Below, one piece after another: positions 1 through 6,797 of a stretch of 64,000 nt of DNA. The notes under the pieces were generated by a model that saw only the letters and a program-made list of their open reading frames with translations, was not told where the DNA came from and ran no database searches. This DNA comes from a virus, in the IMG/VR virus record IMGVR_UViG_3300045988_103986, positions 56,029 to 120,028 of that record. One strand, 5' to 3'. Position 1 is the stretch's first letter, and the number at the start of each line of letters is the position of its first letter. The position numbers and the translations under genes were made by a program.

Positions 1-74
1 GTCGCTTTTTCCAGATAACCCTCTTCAGTTGCCGCAATGTCGAGCAGCTTTTTCTTTGCTTCCTGAATGGTCAT
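1..74 (-). CDS. Probable endolysin/cell-wall hydrolase, 5' end only (gene continues left of the window)
   Basis: ATG at 74-72 with GGAGGAA RBS (81-87). N-terminus MTIQEAKKKLLDIAATEEGYLEKA resembles openings of Firmicutes phage peptidoglycan hydrolases. Lies directly downstream of holin-like genes. Confidence 0.4.
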   Translation of the reverse strand, partial: MTIQEAKKKLLDIAATEEGYLEKA

Positions 75-105
75 TTGATATTCCTCCTTTTGCGAGGCCA
101 AAGCC

Positions 106-327
106 CTATTCCTGACTACCGTTCGGTGTGCTGTTCTTATCTTCGCTCTTGGCGCTCTGATAGCCGAAGTAGAACGTCAGAACCATCACTATGATGGAAT
201 AAAAGTCCTTCGGTTCTACCTTGTCACGAAGTGCCATTGCAACAAACGCACCCGTGAGTACAATCGTTACGAGTGACTTGACCTTAAAAAGGTTCTCGAT
301 GATGACTTGCCACCAGCTGTTTTTCAT
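106..327 (-). CDS. Putative holin (73 aa, two hydrophobic helices, charged C-terminal tail)
   Basis: Small ORF with an AAGGGA RBS. Predicted TM segments VTIVLTGAFVAMAL and FYSIIVMVLTFYFGY. Positioned immediately before the endolysin start. Confidence 0.55.
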   Translation of the reverse strand: MKNSWWQVIIENLFKVKSLVTIVLTGAFVAMALRDKVEPKDFYSIIVMVLTFYFGYQSAKSEDKNSTPNGSQE

Positions 328-341
328 AATAGTTTCCCTTC

Positions 342-632
342 TCAGTCTTTAAGGACTGCTTCAATGATTCGTGCGGTTGCATCCAAGCCATGCTTTTCCG
401 CCAGTTCCCGTACAAATATGAGTGCGTACTTGCTTCTATTTTCGTTCTTTGCTTTCCAGAAATAAAATCCGGTAGCTGCAGAAACCTCTACGATCCACCC
501 GCAGAGTACCGTTGCAGCAGCTGCTTTATCGTCAGCAGCCAGGAAAATGACGATAAACACAACAAGCATCAGATACGAGAAAATGAGAATGCGTTTGCTC
601 CATTCCATTCCTTTTAAGACACCACTTCCCAT
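342..632 (-). CDS. Small two-TM membrane protein of the lysis cassette (second holin or antiholin candidate)
   Basis: ATG at 632 has an AAGGAAG RBS 7 nt upstream. TM segments ILIFSYLMLVVFIVIFLA and VLCGWIVEVSAATGFYFW. Confidence 0.5.
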   Translation of the reverse strand: MGSGVLKGMEWSKRILIFSYLMLVVFIVIFLAADDKAAAATVLCGWIVEVSAATGFYFWKAKNENRSKYALIFVRELAEKHGLDATARIIEAVLKD

Positions 633-919
633 TCGTCCACTTCCTTCTTGATTTTTTCGATGAAAGAATTGCCCTTGAGTGCCTTGTATGCCTTGTACGA
701 ATATTCGAAATTTTCGGCTTCGTACTGGCGGATCTTTTGTGTGTCCTTATTCTTGTAATAGGTGTGCAGCATGTCAGAACGAAGTTGACACTTCATTCCG
801 GCCTTGATCGCGCTATCCCCCATGACCCACTCACGGATTGGCTTAACCAGAACCACCAGTACAGCGCCAATCGTAGTAATCCCACCAAAGATGGTCACGA
901 TATCTTTGAAAGTTTCCAT
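614..919 (-). CDS. Membrane-anchored protein (single N-terminal TM), first gene of the lysis cassette
   Basis: 101-aa ORF with RBS TTGGAGAAAAGCA before the ATG. N-terminal TM segment IVTIFGGITTIGAVLVVLV. Overlaps the next gene by 19 nt, suggesting coupling. Confidence 0.5.
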   Translation of the reverse strand: METFKDIVTIFGGITTIGAVLVVLVKPIREWVMGDSAIKAGMKCQLRSDMLHTYYKNKDTQKIRQYEAENFEYSYKAYKALKGNSFIEKIKKEVDEWEVVS

Positions 920-949
920 TGCTTTTCTCCAATCATTCGATATTGACGA

Positions 950-996
950 AGCAAAAGAGAGCCGCGAACGCAGCCATCTTTTGCTTCGCTCGCGGC
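950..996 (-). terminator. Intrinsic terminator-like hairpin upstream of the lysis cassette (minus-strand sense)
   Basis: Stem gccgcgaacg (961-970) pairs with cgctcgcggc (987-996), one mismatch. On the minus strand it is followed by TCTCTTTTGC. The 3' arm (CTGCGTTCGCGGCTCT) is related to the terminator at 19343-19382. Confidence 0.5.
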
Positions 997-1046
997 CCTC
1001 TTCGGCCCTTCTGCGCCGCCCTTTCAGCGCAGGACACTATGGTTTT

Positions 1047-1181
1047 TTATTTCACAGCGGGAGGTGGAATCCACTTGCCGCAGAAGAAATGAATACAGGC
1101 ACTGATTCCGTATGCTGTGTCGGTGAATGATCTGCACAGTTTTGCTCCATGGTTGTTGAGCACGGGACCAATCTCACTCAT
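1047..1181 (-). CDS. Hypothetical 44-aa Cys-containing peptide
   Basis: ATG at 1181 overlaps the stop of the upstream reading frame (ATGAGTGA). Sequence MSEIGPVLNNHGAKLCRSFTDTAYGISACIHFFCGKWIPPPAVK. Below the ORF-track length cutoff. Confidence 0.3.
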   Translation of the reverse strand: MSEIGPVLNNHGAKLCRSFTDTAYGISACIHFFCGKWIPPPAVK

Positions 1182-1345
1182 CGTTTGCGCCCTTTCTGGC
1201 TTTTCGCCGTGTCACACGTTCAATCTGCCTGCTTGTCTTCTTGAACTGGGTTCCTTTGCAGACCCAGTACAAATTCGTTTCCTCAATTACGTCGAAGGTC
1301 TCTCCGGATTTGAGTTTGAGAATGTATTGCGCAGTTTTCCTTTCA
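1174..1345 (-). pseudogene. 3' portion of a small (58-aa) phage gene separated from its RBS and ATG by the IS insertion
   Basis: This frame has no start codon after the IS right end. Its RBS and first codons (GGAAGGGGG-N7-ATG GCT GAA AGG A) lie at 2659-2687 on the other side of the IS. Removing the IS plus one copy of TGAAAGGA restores MAERKTAQYILKLKSGETFDVIEETNLYWVCKGTQFKKTSRQIERVTRRKARKGANDE in frame. Confidence 0.6.
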
Positions 1346-1500
1346 TTGACACTCCCCACGGCTAAAGCCGGGGGATTCTCGTTTCTACGACCGCTGCCTG
1401 CACCTGCGAGGTCTACGCAATCTCCACGAGCGTTAATTCGGGCGTGTCCCGCCCTATTGTTGATTTCCATAATGATTCCTTTCTACGCCATTAGGCGCAT
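1326..1500 (-). ncRNA. Predicted TnpB omega-RNA (right-end RNA): scaffold overlapping the tnpB 3' end and RE, with the guide extending into flanking DNA
   Basis: Inferred from the known IS200/IS605 TnpB architecture. The region from the tnpB stop (1483) to the RE end (about 1346) is highly structured and includes the RE hairpin at 1354-1374. The guide would be about TGAAAGGAAAACTGCGCAAT (1345-1326). Ends are not determined. Confidence 0.45.
1354..1374 (-). repeat. IS right-end subterminal hairpin (CCCCCGGCTTTAGCCGTGGGG on the IS top strand)
   Basis: Imperfect palindrome nearly identical in form to the LE hairpin. Confidence 0.7.
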
Positions 1501-2586
1501 TCCTTCGTGCAAAATGTTCTTCGCGGCGTTGATGTCCCGATCATGACGCGTCCCACATTTGGGGCACGTCCACTCCCGCACCGCCAGATTCTTTGTGCCG
1601 ATGTTCCGATATCCGCAACAGGAGCATAGCTGGCTGGAAGGGAAGAAACGGTCTATCTGTATGACCTTTTTCCCATACCACGCGGCTTTGTATTCTAACT
1701 GCCGTCGGAACTCGCCCCATGATGCGTCGCTGATGGACTTCGCAAGGCGATGGTTCTTGACCATGTTCTGCGGTGCTAAGTCTTCGATGCAGACTACATC
1801 GTTCTCCCGGATGAGTTGCGTTGACAGTTTGTGCATCATGTCGCTGCGCTGGTTTGTGATATGCTCATGCAGCCGTGCCACCTGAAGCCTCGCTTTCTCG
1901 TGCCGGTTGCTCCCCTTTGGTTTTCGGGAGAGCAGCCGTTGTAGTCTGGCAAGTTTCTTCTGGCTCTTGGCTAAATAACGCGGGTTTGGATATTCCGTTC
2001 CATCTGACGTAATTGCGAATGCTTTCAGCCCCATATCAACGCCGATAACACAGCCTGTCTTTGGAAGCGGCTCAATCTCCACATCAGTGCAGCAGAGCGA
2101 TACGAAGTATTTCCCGCTGGGATTCTGAGATATCGTGGCCGATAAAATGCGCCCTTTGACTTCCTTTGAAACCCGACACTTGACATGTCCCAACTTTGGA
2201 AGCTGGACTGCATTTTCAAAAATCTTGATGTTGCAATTCGTCGTGTAACTCTGTCTATGGTCGCGCTTGCTTTTGAACTTTGGAAAACCGGGCTTCTCAC
2301 CGTTCTTTACTCGGCGAAAAAAGTTCTTATATGCAGCGTCCAAGTATTTCAGCGCATTTTTTAAAGCGCACTTATCTGGTTCTTGTAGCCATTCGAGTTC
2401 CTTTTTTAGTGCAGTGAGTTCCTTGTCCTGCTGAAAACGTGTAGGAGATTTCCCAGTTTCTCTATACTGCGCGATACGCTCAGCGAGAAAGTAGTTATAC
2501 ACAAACCGGACACATCCGAAAGTGTGCTGTATTAAGTTTCTCTGAGCCGAATTTGGGTACAGCCTAAATTGATAGGAATATTCCAT
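1483..2586 (-). CDS. tnpB: TnpB (OrfB) RNA-guided endonuclease, IS200/IS605 family
   Basis: 367 aa. RuvC motifs GVDMGLK, CIEDL and [10 protein letters not shown]. Zn finger CSCCG...CPKCG. N-terminus '[11 protein letters not shown]' is typical of OrfB_IS605. Confidence 0.93.
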   Translation of the reverse strand: MEYSYQFRLYPNSAQRNLIQHTFGCVRFVYNYFLAERIAQYRETGKSPTRFQQDKELTALKKELEWLQEPDKCALKNALKYLDAAYKNFFRRVKNGEKPGFPKFKSKRDHRQSYTTNCNIKIFENAVQLPKLGHVKCRVSKEVKGRILSATISQNPSGKYFVSLCCTDVEIEPLPKTGCVIGVDMGLKAFAITSDGTEYPNPRYLAKSQKKLARLQRLLSRKPKGSNRHEKARLQVARLHEHITNQRSDMMHKLSTQLIRENDVVCIEDLAPQNMVKNHRLAKSISDASWGEFRRQLEYKAAWYGKKVIQIDRFFPSSQLCSCCGYRNIGTKNLAVREWTCPKCGTRHDRDINAAKNILHEGMRLMA

Positions 2587-2628
2587 ACTTTCACTGCTCC
2601 TCGCATTCAGTGGACTTGCAGCCCTTTA

Positions 2629-2649
2629 CCCCATGTCTAAAGGCAGGGG
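2629..2649 (-). repeat. IS left-end subterminal hairpin (CCCCTGCCTTTAGACATGGGG on the IS top strand)
   Basis: Imperfect palindrome matching the RE hairpin. Lies 42 nt upstream of the tnpB ATG. Confidence 0.7.
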
Positions 2650-2687
2650 CTTGCGGGCTCCTTTCAGCCATTTCAGCACCCCCTTCC

Positions 2688-4490
2688 TCACTTCGGCCAG
2701 CTCGTGATCGTCGCAATCGGGAAGTCAGCAACCGATACGGCGTTGATTGTCATTGTCCCGTTGCTGGTAAGTGGACGTGTGAATCCTTGAATCAGATGCC
2801 GTTCTACCGGTGAAGACGGTTTGTCCGTCCTAACGATTTCAACAAGACTGTTTTCAAATATATGCATCATCTGTATGCACTGAATTGATACTGCTTTCTG
2901 CAGAACTGTCGTTCTTTTCAGTTTCCACTCAGCGAGATCTCTGCACTGCGTCGTGGTATAGTATCCGGACGCAGTTTCCCGATAGGTTTTTCTACCTATG
3001 AGGTTGATGTTTGTATCGCTGCTCGGGTCAAGATTCTGCGCTCTTCCGGACGCCTGCGGATAGTTATCAGTCTGCTCGCCAAGGACGATATAGTCATTGA
3101 AAACCTCCGTGTTTTTGACCGTGTAAGTCGCACCAAGAAGCTGTGCCTCATCCATTGAGAACTGCCAGAGAATCGGCTTGTCCGTATCAACGATGTCATC
3201 CTGCGACGGTTCCATTCTGAATGTTCCCGTTTGGTCGTACCCTACCCATGCGTTTACCATCTCCGCCATGCCGAGTGCAACATCCGCGATTGTTCCGTCG
3301 TCGCTGTCTACACGCAGCGTGTATGGCGAGTCTGTCAGCGCAGCTGTCGTGCCATCCGGAAGCGCCTGCGTCTTCCCATTGTAGTAGTTCGTGAAAACCG
3401 GCGTCACATGGTCAATGGGGTATCCGTTGCCCTTGTCGAGCTTCAGGAGCGCCGCCACGGGTTCAAAGATATTCGTCCCTACCGGAACCTCATATGTTGC
3501 TTCAAGCCGCCCAAACAGGCTTCCATCAATGTATGCCCACTTGTCTACAAGCGGGTACGTCATGGTTCGAAGATTTGGGTTCATCGTCTCCTGCGGCTCT
3601 TGGATGTAAAAGACGCCCTGCTGGATGTAGTATTCCGAACCATCCGAGAGAATGAGTCCTTCATCGATTGCCACCTGCTGACCGAACCAGATATTGTTGA
3701 CATTATAGTCATACTCGGCATCTACGTTCGAAAGCGTTATGCTCGCTGTCCTTCTCTGGCCGTTTTGCAGATTGCAGGTGATGCTTCCCTCTTGAATAAA
3801 CGTGCCATTTCTCCGTCCGAGCGGATTATTATCGAGCGCAAAGGCTGTACTTCCGTCCGGTTGCAGGAAACGAATCCGACAGAGCTTTGTAAATGGCGTG
3901 CGCAGCTGCGCAAGATAGTCTCTGACTCGTTCTGCGTGCTCGCCAGCATAAACATATCCGGGTGTCGGATCAGGCGTAGGAGGCTGCGGCGCATTCTTTT
4001 GCCAAACCGGATAAAACGTAGCAACTGAGTCTGTCATGTATGTGCCGCCAAGGTCATATGCTTTCTCCCCGCCGTCCGTTGTGGCCCAACCGACTTGGGT
4101 GTAGCCATCACGGCCGAAGATGGCTCCGGCAAGTGTAAGCGGTTCACCTTGGTTTTTGGTCACAGATTGCGCCGTTCCCGTGCCGTTCATTCCGGGGAGG
4201 TAGGTTATGACATACGTTGTGGCTATCGAGTAGCTTCCATCATCGTTCTTGATGACCTTTGTATCTGATTTAACGACGAACGCAGGCCGGATGCCTTTGG
4301 ATTCCGTCTGCGCGGCCCATCCGCCGCTACCGGCCGTATCCTGATACCAGACTGTCGTTGCTCCGGTATCGGGCTGCGTTCGTGTCCACCAGTTCGCCGC
4401 CGCCCCGTTCAGATAGGCAATGAGCGCTTCTTTGCTGCTGTTTTGTTCGAAATATTCAAGCTTTGCACCGTCGATTGCTTTTGCACACAT
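2688..4490 (-). CDS. Tail-associated (Tal/baseplate-hub-like) protein with N-terminal DUF6273 C-terminal fragment and one Listeria-Bacteroides repeat
   Basis: 600 aa with RBS GGAGGTGG 9 nt before the ATG. The N-terminal 80 aa (..NWWTRTQ..GIRPAFVV) look like the last third of a DUF6273 domain. YVITYLPGMNGTG...GYTQVGWAT...FYPVWQ is a Flg_new-type repeat. The C-terminal ~420 aa resemble the siphovirus Tal / prophage-tail N-terminal domain. Last gene of the tail module. Confidence 0.6.
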   Translation of the reverse strand: MCAKAIDGAKLEYFEQNSSKEALIAYLNGAAANWWTRTQPDTGATTVWYQDTAGSGGWAAQTESKGIRPAFVVKSDTKVIKNDDGSYSIATTYVITYLPGMNGTGTAQSVTKNQGEPLTLAGAIFGRDGYTQVGWATTDGGEKAYDLGGTYMTDSVATFYPVWQKNAPQPPTPDPTPGYVYAGEHAERVRDYLAQLRTPFTKLCRIRFLQPDGSTAFALDNNPLGRRNGTFIQEGSITCNLQNGQRRTASITLSNVDAEYDYNVNNIWFGQQVAIDEGLILSDGSEYYIQQGVFYIQEPQETMNPNLRTMTYPLVDKWAYIDGSLFGRLEATYEVPVGTNIFEPVAALLKLDKGNGYPIDHVTPVFTNYYNGKTQALPDGTTAALTDSPYTLRVDSDDGTIADVALGMAEMVNAWVGYDQTGTFRMEPSQDDIVDTDKPILWQFSMDEAQLLGATYTVKNTEVFNDYIVLGEQTDNYPQASGRAQNLDPSSDTNINLIGRKTYRETASGYYTTTQCRDLAEWKLKRTTVLQKAVSIQCIQMMHIFENSLVEIVRTDKPSSPVERHLIQGFTRPLTSNGTMTINAVSVADFPIATITSWPK

Positions 4491-4506
4491 ATGGTATCAC
4501 CACCTC

Positions 4507-6780
4507 CTAGAAACACCATGCCGCTGTGATGCCGTCCACCTCGGACGCGACGCTCCAGTCCGCTTCACCGCTCCATCCAGTTCTGTCAAAGCAGGTGGTG
4601 CTGTTGAGTCTCGGCGAGCGCAAATACCATGCGCGGTTTTTCTTCCGGTTCGCGGCCGTCTTGTAATACTCGTACTGCGTGCCCTCGCCTGGATAGGAGA
4701 ATGTCCGTGTGCCCTGCACCTCGATCTCCGACAACAGGAACAGCGTGTCCTCCGTCGTGTCGATGGTCGAGCTGGCGCTGCCTGCCGAGGTTTTCTTCGT
4801 CACGGCTTTCATCGCAGCCACGACCTCTGCCGGCATCACCTGTCTCAGCTTCGGGAATGCATTGTACGTTCGCACCAGACAGTTCACCCAACCACAGCTA
4901 TTGCTCTCTGCACCGTTCATCTTATACTGCGTCGCGTAGGTCGTGTGCATCTGGAATGTCAGCGGAGCCTTGCCCGAGCCGTCGGCATAATCGTCGTGGT
5001 TCTTGCCGATGATGTCGATTGCGTAGGTCGTGTTGTTGATCGTCATGTTGCAGCTGTCGCCGACGTTCCATGTGTCAGGAACCGTTTTTGTCTGACAAGC
5101 AAGGATAATGTCTGCCCAGCTATTCTCTCCAAAGTTCTCGCTGAGTCCGTTCTGCAAGCCAAGTTCCAGCGCAGAGAGCAGGAAAACCTTTGATTCAACT
5201 CCGCTTGTCCCTGCTGAAACTGATGTTCCGCTCGCATATGGAATCTTGGCTGTTTGCAGAGCATTCCGAAGGTTCGCACTGAGAAGATTGTAGAAATCTC
5301 CGTTCAGATAAGAAGCAATCTGACTTCCAGAATAGATGCTTGTGCTGCCGCTTCCATTCCAGACCTGTTGATTGTAGAGCTGCTTCAGCATCAGCCACGT
5401 TCCGTTGCAGCTGCTGTCATACAGGCTGCTTTGCTGCGGGACACCTTGGTTGACCACGATGAACTCAAACTCAGCTCCATCTATCGTGTCTTTGACGATG
5501 GTGCCGGCTGGAAGATTGTCAATCGTCGTTACGTCTGCAGCTTCCTTCTGCCAATACGGATAGAGCGTCACGCTGGCATCCTGCGTGTATTGGGCTCCAA
5601 GACTATAGGCTTTCGCTCCGCCGTCAGTCAGGCTCCACCCGGTCTGTACATAGCCATCACGCGTGAATGTAACCCCACGAAGCGTGATAGCCGTCCCCTC
5701 CGTTTTTGTCTGCGTCTGCGTGCTGCCGACACCGTTTGCTCCGGGTGCATATGTAACGGTATAGGTGGCAAGTACAGTGGCCGTTGCTTTGGCTGTCAAC
5801 GCCAAATTCGAGCTAATACCGGAAACCGTGTACCTTTGAGCGGAGGACACCTTCACGTCAGAGGCGTTGTACCATCCATCAAACGTTACCTGATAGCCAG
5901 ACTGTGAACTCAGCGTGCAGTCCACCCAGCAAGATGTTTGGGTGTTCCCGTTGTAATCGATAAACGGGATGCCCTGATACTGCCTGGATACGTTTGCAAT
6001 GTAGTCCCCCGCTATCACGTCGACCGAATACTGATACCACTCGGCCGTCAGCTCAATATCTTCCGGCGTGGTGCCTAACGTCTGTCCTGGGCTAACAGAC
6101 ATTGTGTATCCGCTGGTAAGACCTACGGCGACCCAATTTGCGAAGGTATAGCCCGGCCGGCTCGGAATCGTTGTTGAGATTTGAACGTTTGTGTCTTCTC
6201 GCACGGTTTGCGAAGAAGGTGCGCCATATCCCCCGTTTGCGTTGTAGGAAATCGTGTGCGTCGGTACAGTGATCTCCTGCCAGACGCAGTAGAATACGCG
6301 GTCTACATATACCGTTGTTGTCTGCCCCGGCTGCCATTGGGCTGAGGTTGCACTGGCTGTGCCAGCATATCCGGCGAAGGTTTTTCCGGGCGGAGCGGAG
6401 AACGGACAATCCGGGATGGTGATGGTGGTGCCAAACGGGAACGTATTGCTCACGGATTGGCCGGTCCCATCATTGGCATAAATCGTGACTGTTTTATCCC
6501 CCTGCAATGTGGTAACAGGAGTTCCATTTCCTTCGATCTTCCCGCCATTTGCATCATAGAGCGTGCCAGTCAGATAATAACTCTTATTCGCTGTCAGTCC
6601 GGTAAACGTGACGGCATAATTATTCGACTTGTCAGAAGTCCTTTGACTTCTGGTCGATTCCCCGTCTGCATTCAGCACCCATTGCAGGTATGCAGCATCT
6701 GACGATGATCCGTCCGAAATGCTTTCGTAGTATTCCGCACTGATGGAGTTAGCAGTTGTTTCTAAGATTTTAATGCCCAT
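4507..6780 (-). CDS. Tail fibre/adhesin-like protein: FN3-like N-terminus, Listeria-Bacteroides repeats, truncated DUF6273, then a complete DUF6273 cassette
   Basis: 757 aa. Repeats include 'ISYNANGGYGAPSSQ', 'YTVTYAPGANGVGSTQ..GYVQTGWSL..LYPYWQ'. The 'KVFLLSALE' half-domain is followed by a complete domain ending 'AWYLRSPRLN...AAWCF'. The C-terminal ~190 aa are a near-identical copy of the C-terminus of the ORF at 25754-26671. Confidence 0.7.
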   Translation of the reverse strand: MGIKILETTANSISAEYYESISDGSSSDAAYLQWVLNADGESTRSQRTSDKSNNYAVTFTGLTANKSYYLTGTLYDANGGKIEGNGTPVTTLQGDKTVTIYANDGTGQSVSNTFPFGTTITIPDCPFSAPPGKTFAGYAGTASATSAQWQPGQTTTVYVDRVFYCVWQEITVPTHTISYNANGGYGAPSSQTVREDTNVQISTTIPSRPGYTFANWVAVGLTSGYTMSVSPGQTLGTTPEDIELTAEWYQYSVDVIAGDYIANVSRQYQGIPFIDYNGNTQTSCWVDCTLSSQSGYQVTFDGWYNASDVKVSSAQRYTVSGISSNLALTAKATATVLATYTVTYAPGANGVGSTQTQTKTEGTAITLRGVTFTRDGYVQTGWSLTDGGAKAYSLGAQYTQDASVTLYPYWQKEAADVTTIDNLPAGTIVKDTIDGAEFEFIVVNQGVPQQSSLYDSSCNGTWLMLKQLYNQQVWNGSGSTSIYSGSQIASYLNGDFYNLLSANLRNALQTAKIPYASGTSVSAGTSGVESKVFLLSALELGLQNGLSENFGENSWADIILACQTKTVPDTWNVGDSCNMTINNTTYAIDIIGKNHDDYADGSGKAPLTFQMHTTYATQYKMNGAESNSCGWVNCLVRTYNAFPKLRQVMPAEVVAAMKAVTKKTSAGSASSTIDTTEDTLFLLSEIEVQGTRTFSYPGEGTQYEYYKTAANRKKNRAWYLRSPRLNSTTCFDRTGWSGEADWSVASEVDGITAAWCF
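4508..5082 (-). repeat. Copy 1 of a 575-bp direct repeat (DUF6273 cassette, about 98% identical to 25755-26330)
   Basis: Aligned by eye, with roughly a dozen mismatches. Identity starts exactly at the stop codon and ends at ..tgtgtcaggaac. Confidence 0.9.
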
Positions 6781-6797
6781 CTCAATTCACCCTCCCA

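Larger units (their letters stand above)
1346..2666 (-). mobile_element. IS200/IS605-family element of the tnpB-only (IS1341-like) type, about 1.3 kb
   Basis: tnpB is flanked by matching subterminal hairpins (LE 2629-2649, RE 1354-1374). The RE ends in ..GTCAA 8 nt after the hairpin, as in IS608. The 8-mer TGAAAGGA occurs at both junctions (2666-2659 and 1345-1338), so the boundary is ambiguous by 8 nt. No tnpA is present in the window. Confidence 0.75.

Noticed and set aside
3231-4028. Long plus-strand ORFs lying opposite the minus-strand structural genes (for example 3231-4028, 4420-5193, 12559-13143, 13450-14589, 15961-17244, 17195-18112, 24907-25701, 27347-28657, 34947-35834, 42936-43859, 51405-52301, 57408-58289, 58369-59223).
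   Set aside because: They are shadow ORFs. They have no RBS, show Arg/Ser/Cys-rich low-complexity translations, and fully overlap well-supported minus-strand genes with recognisable domains.
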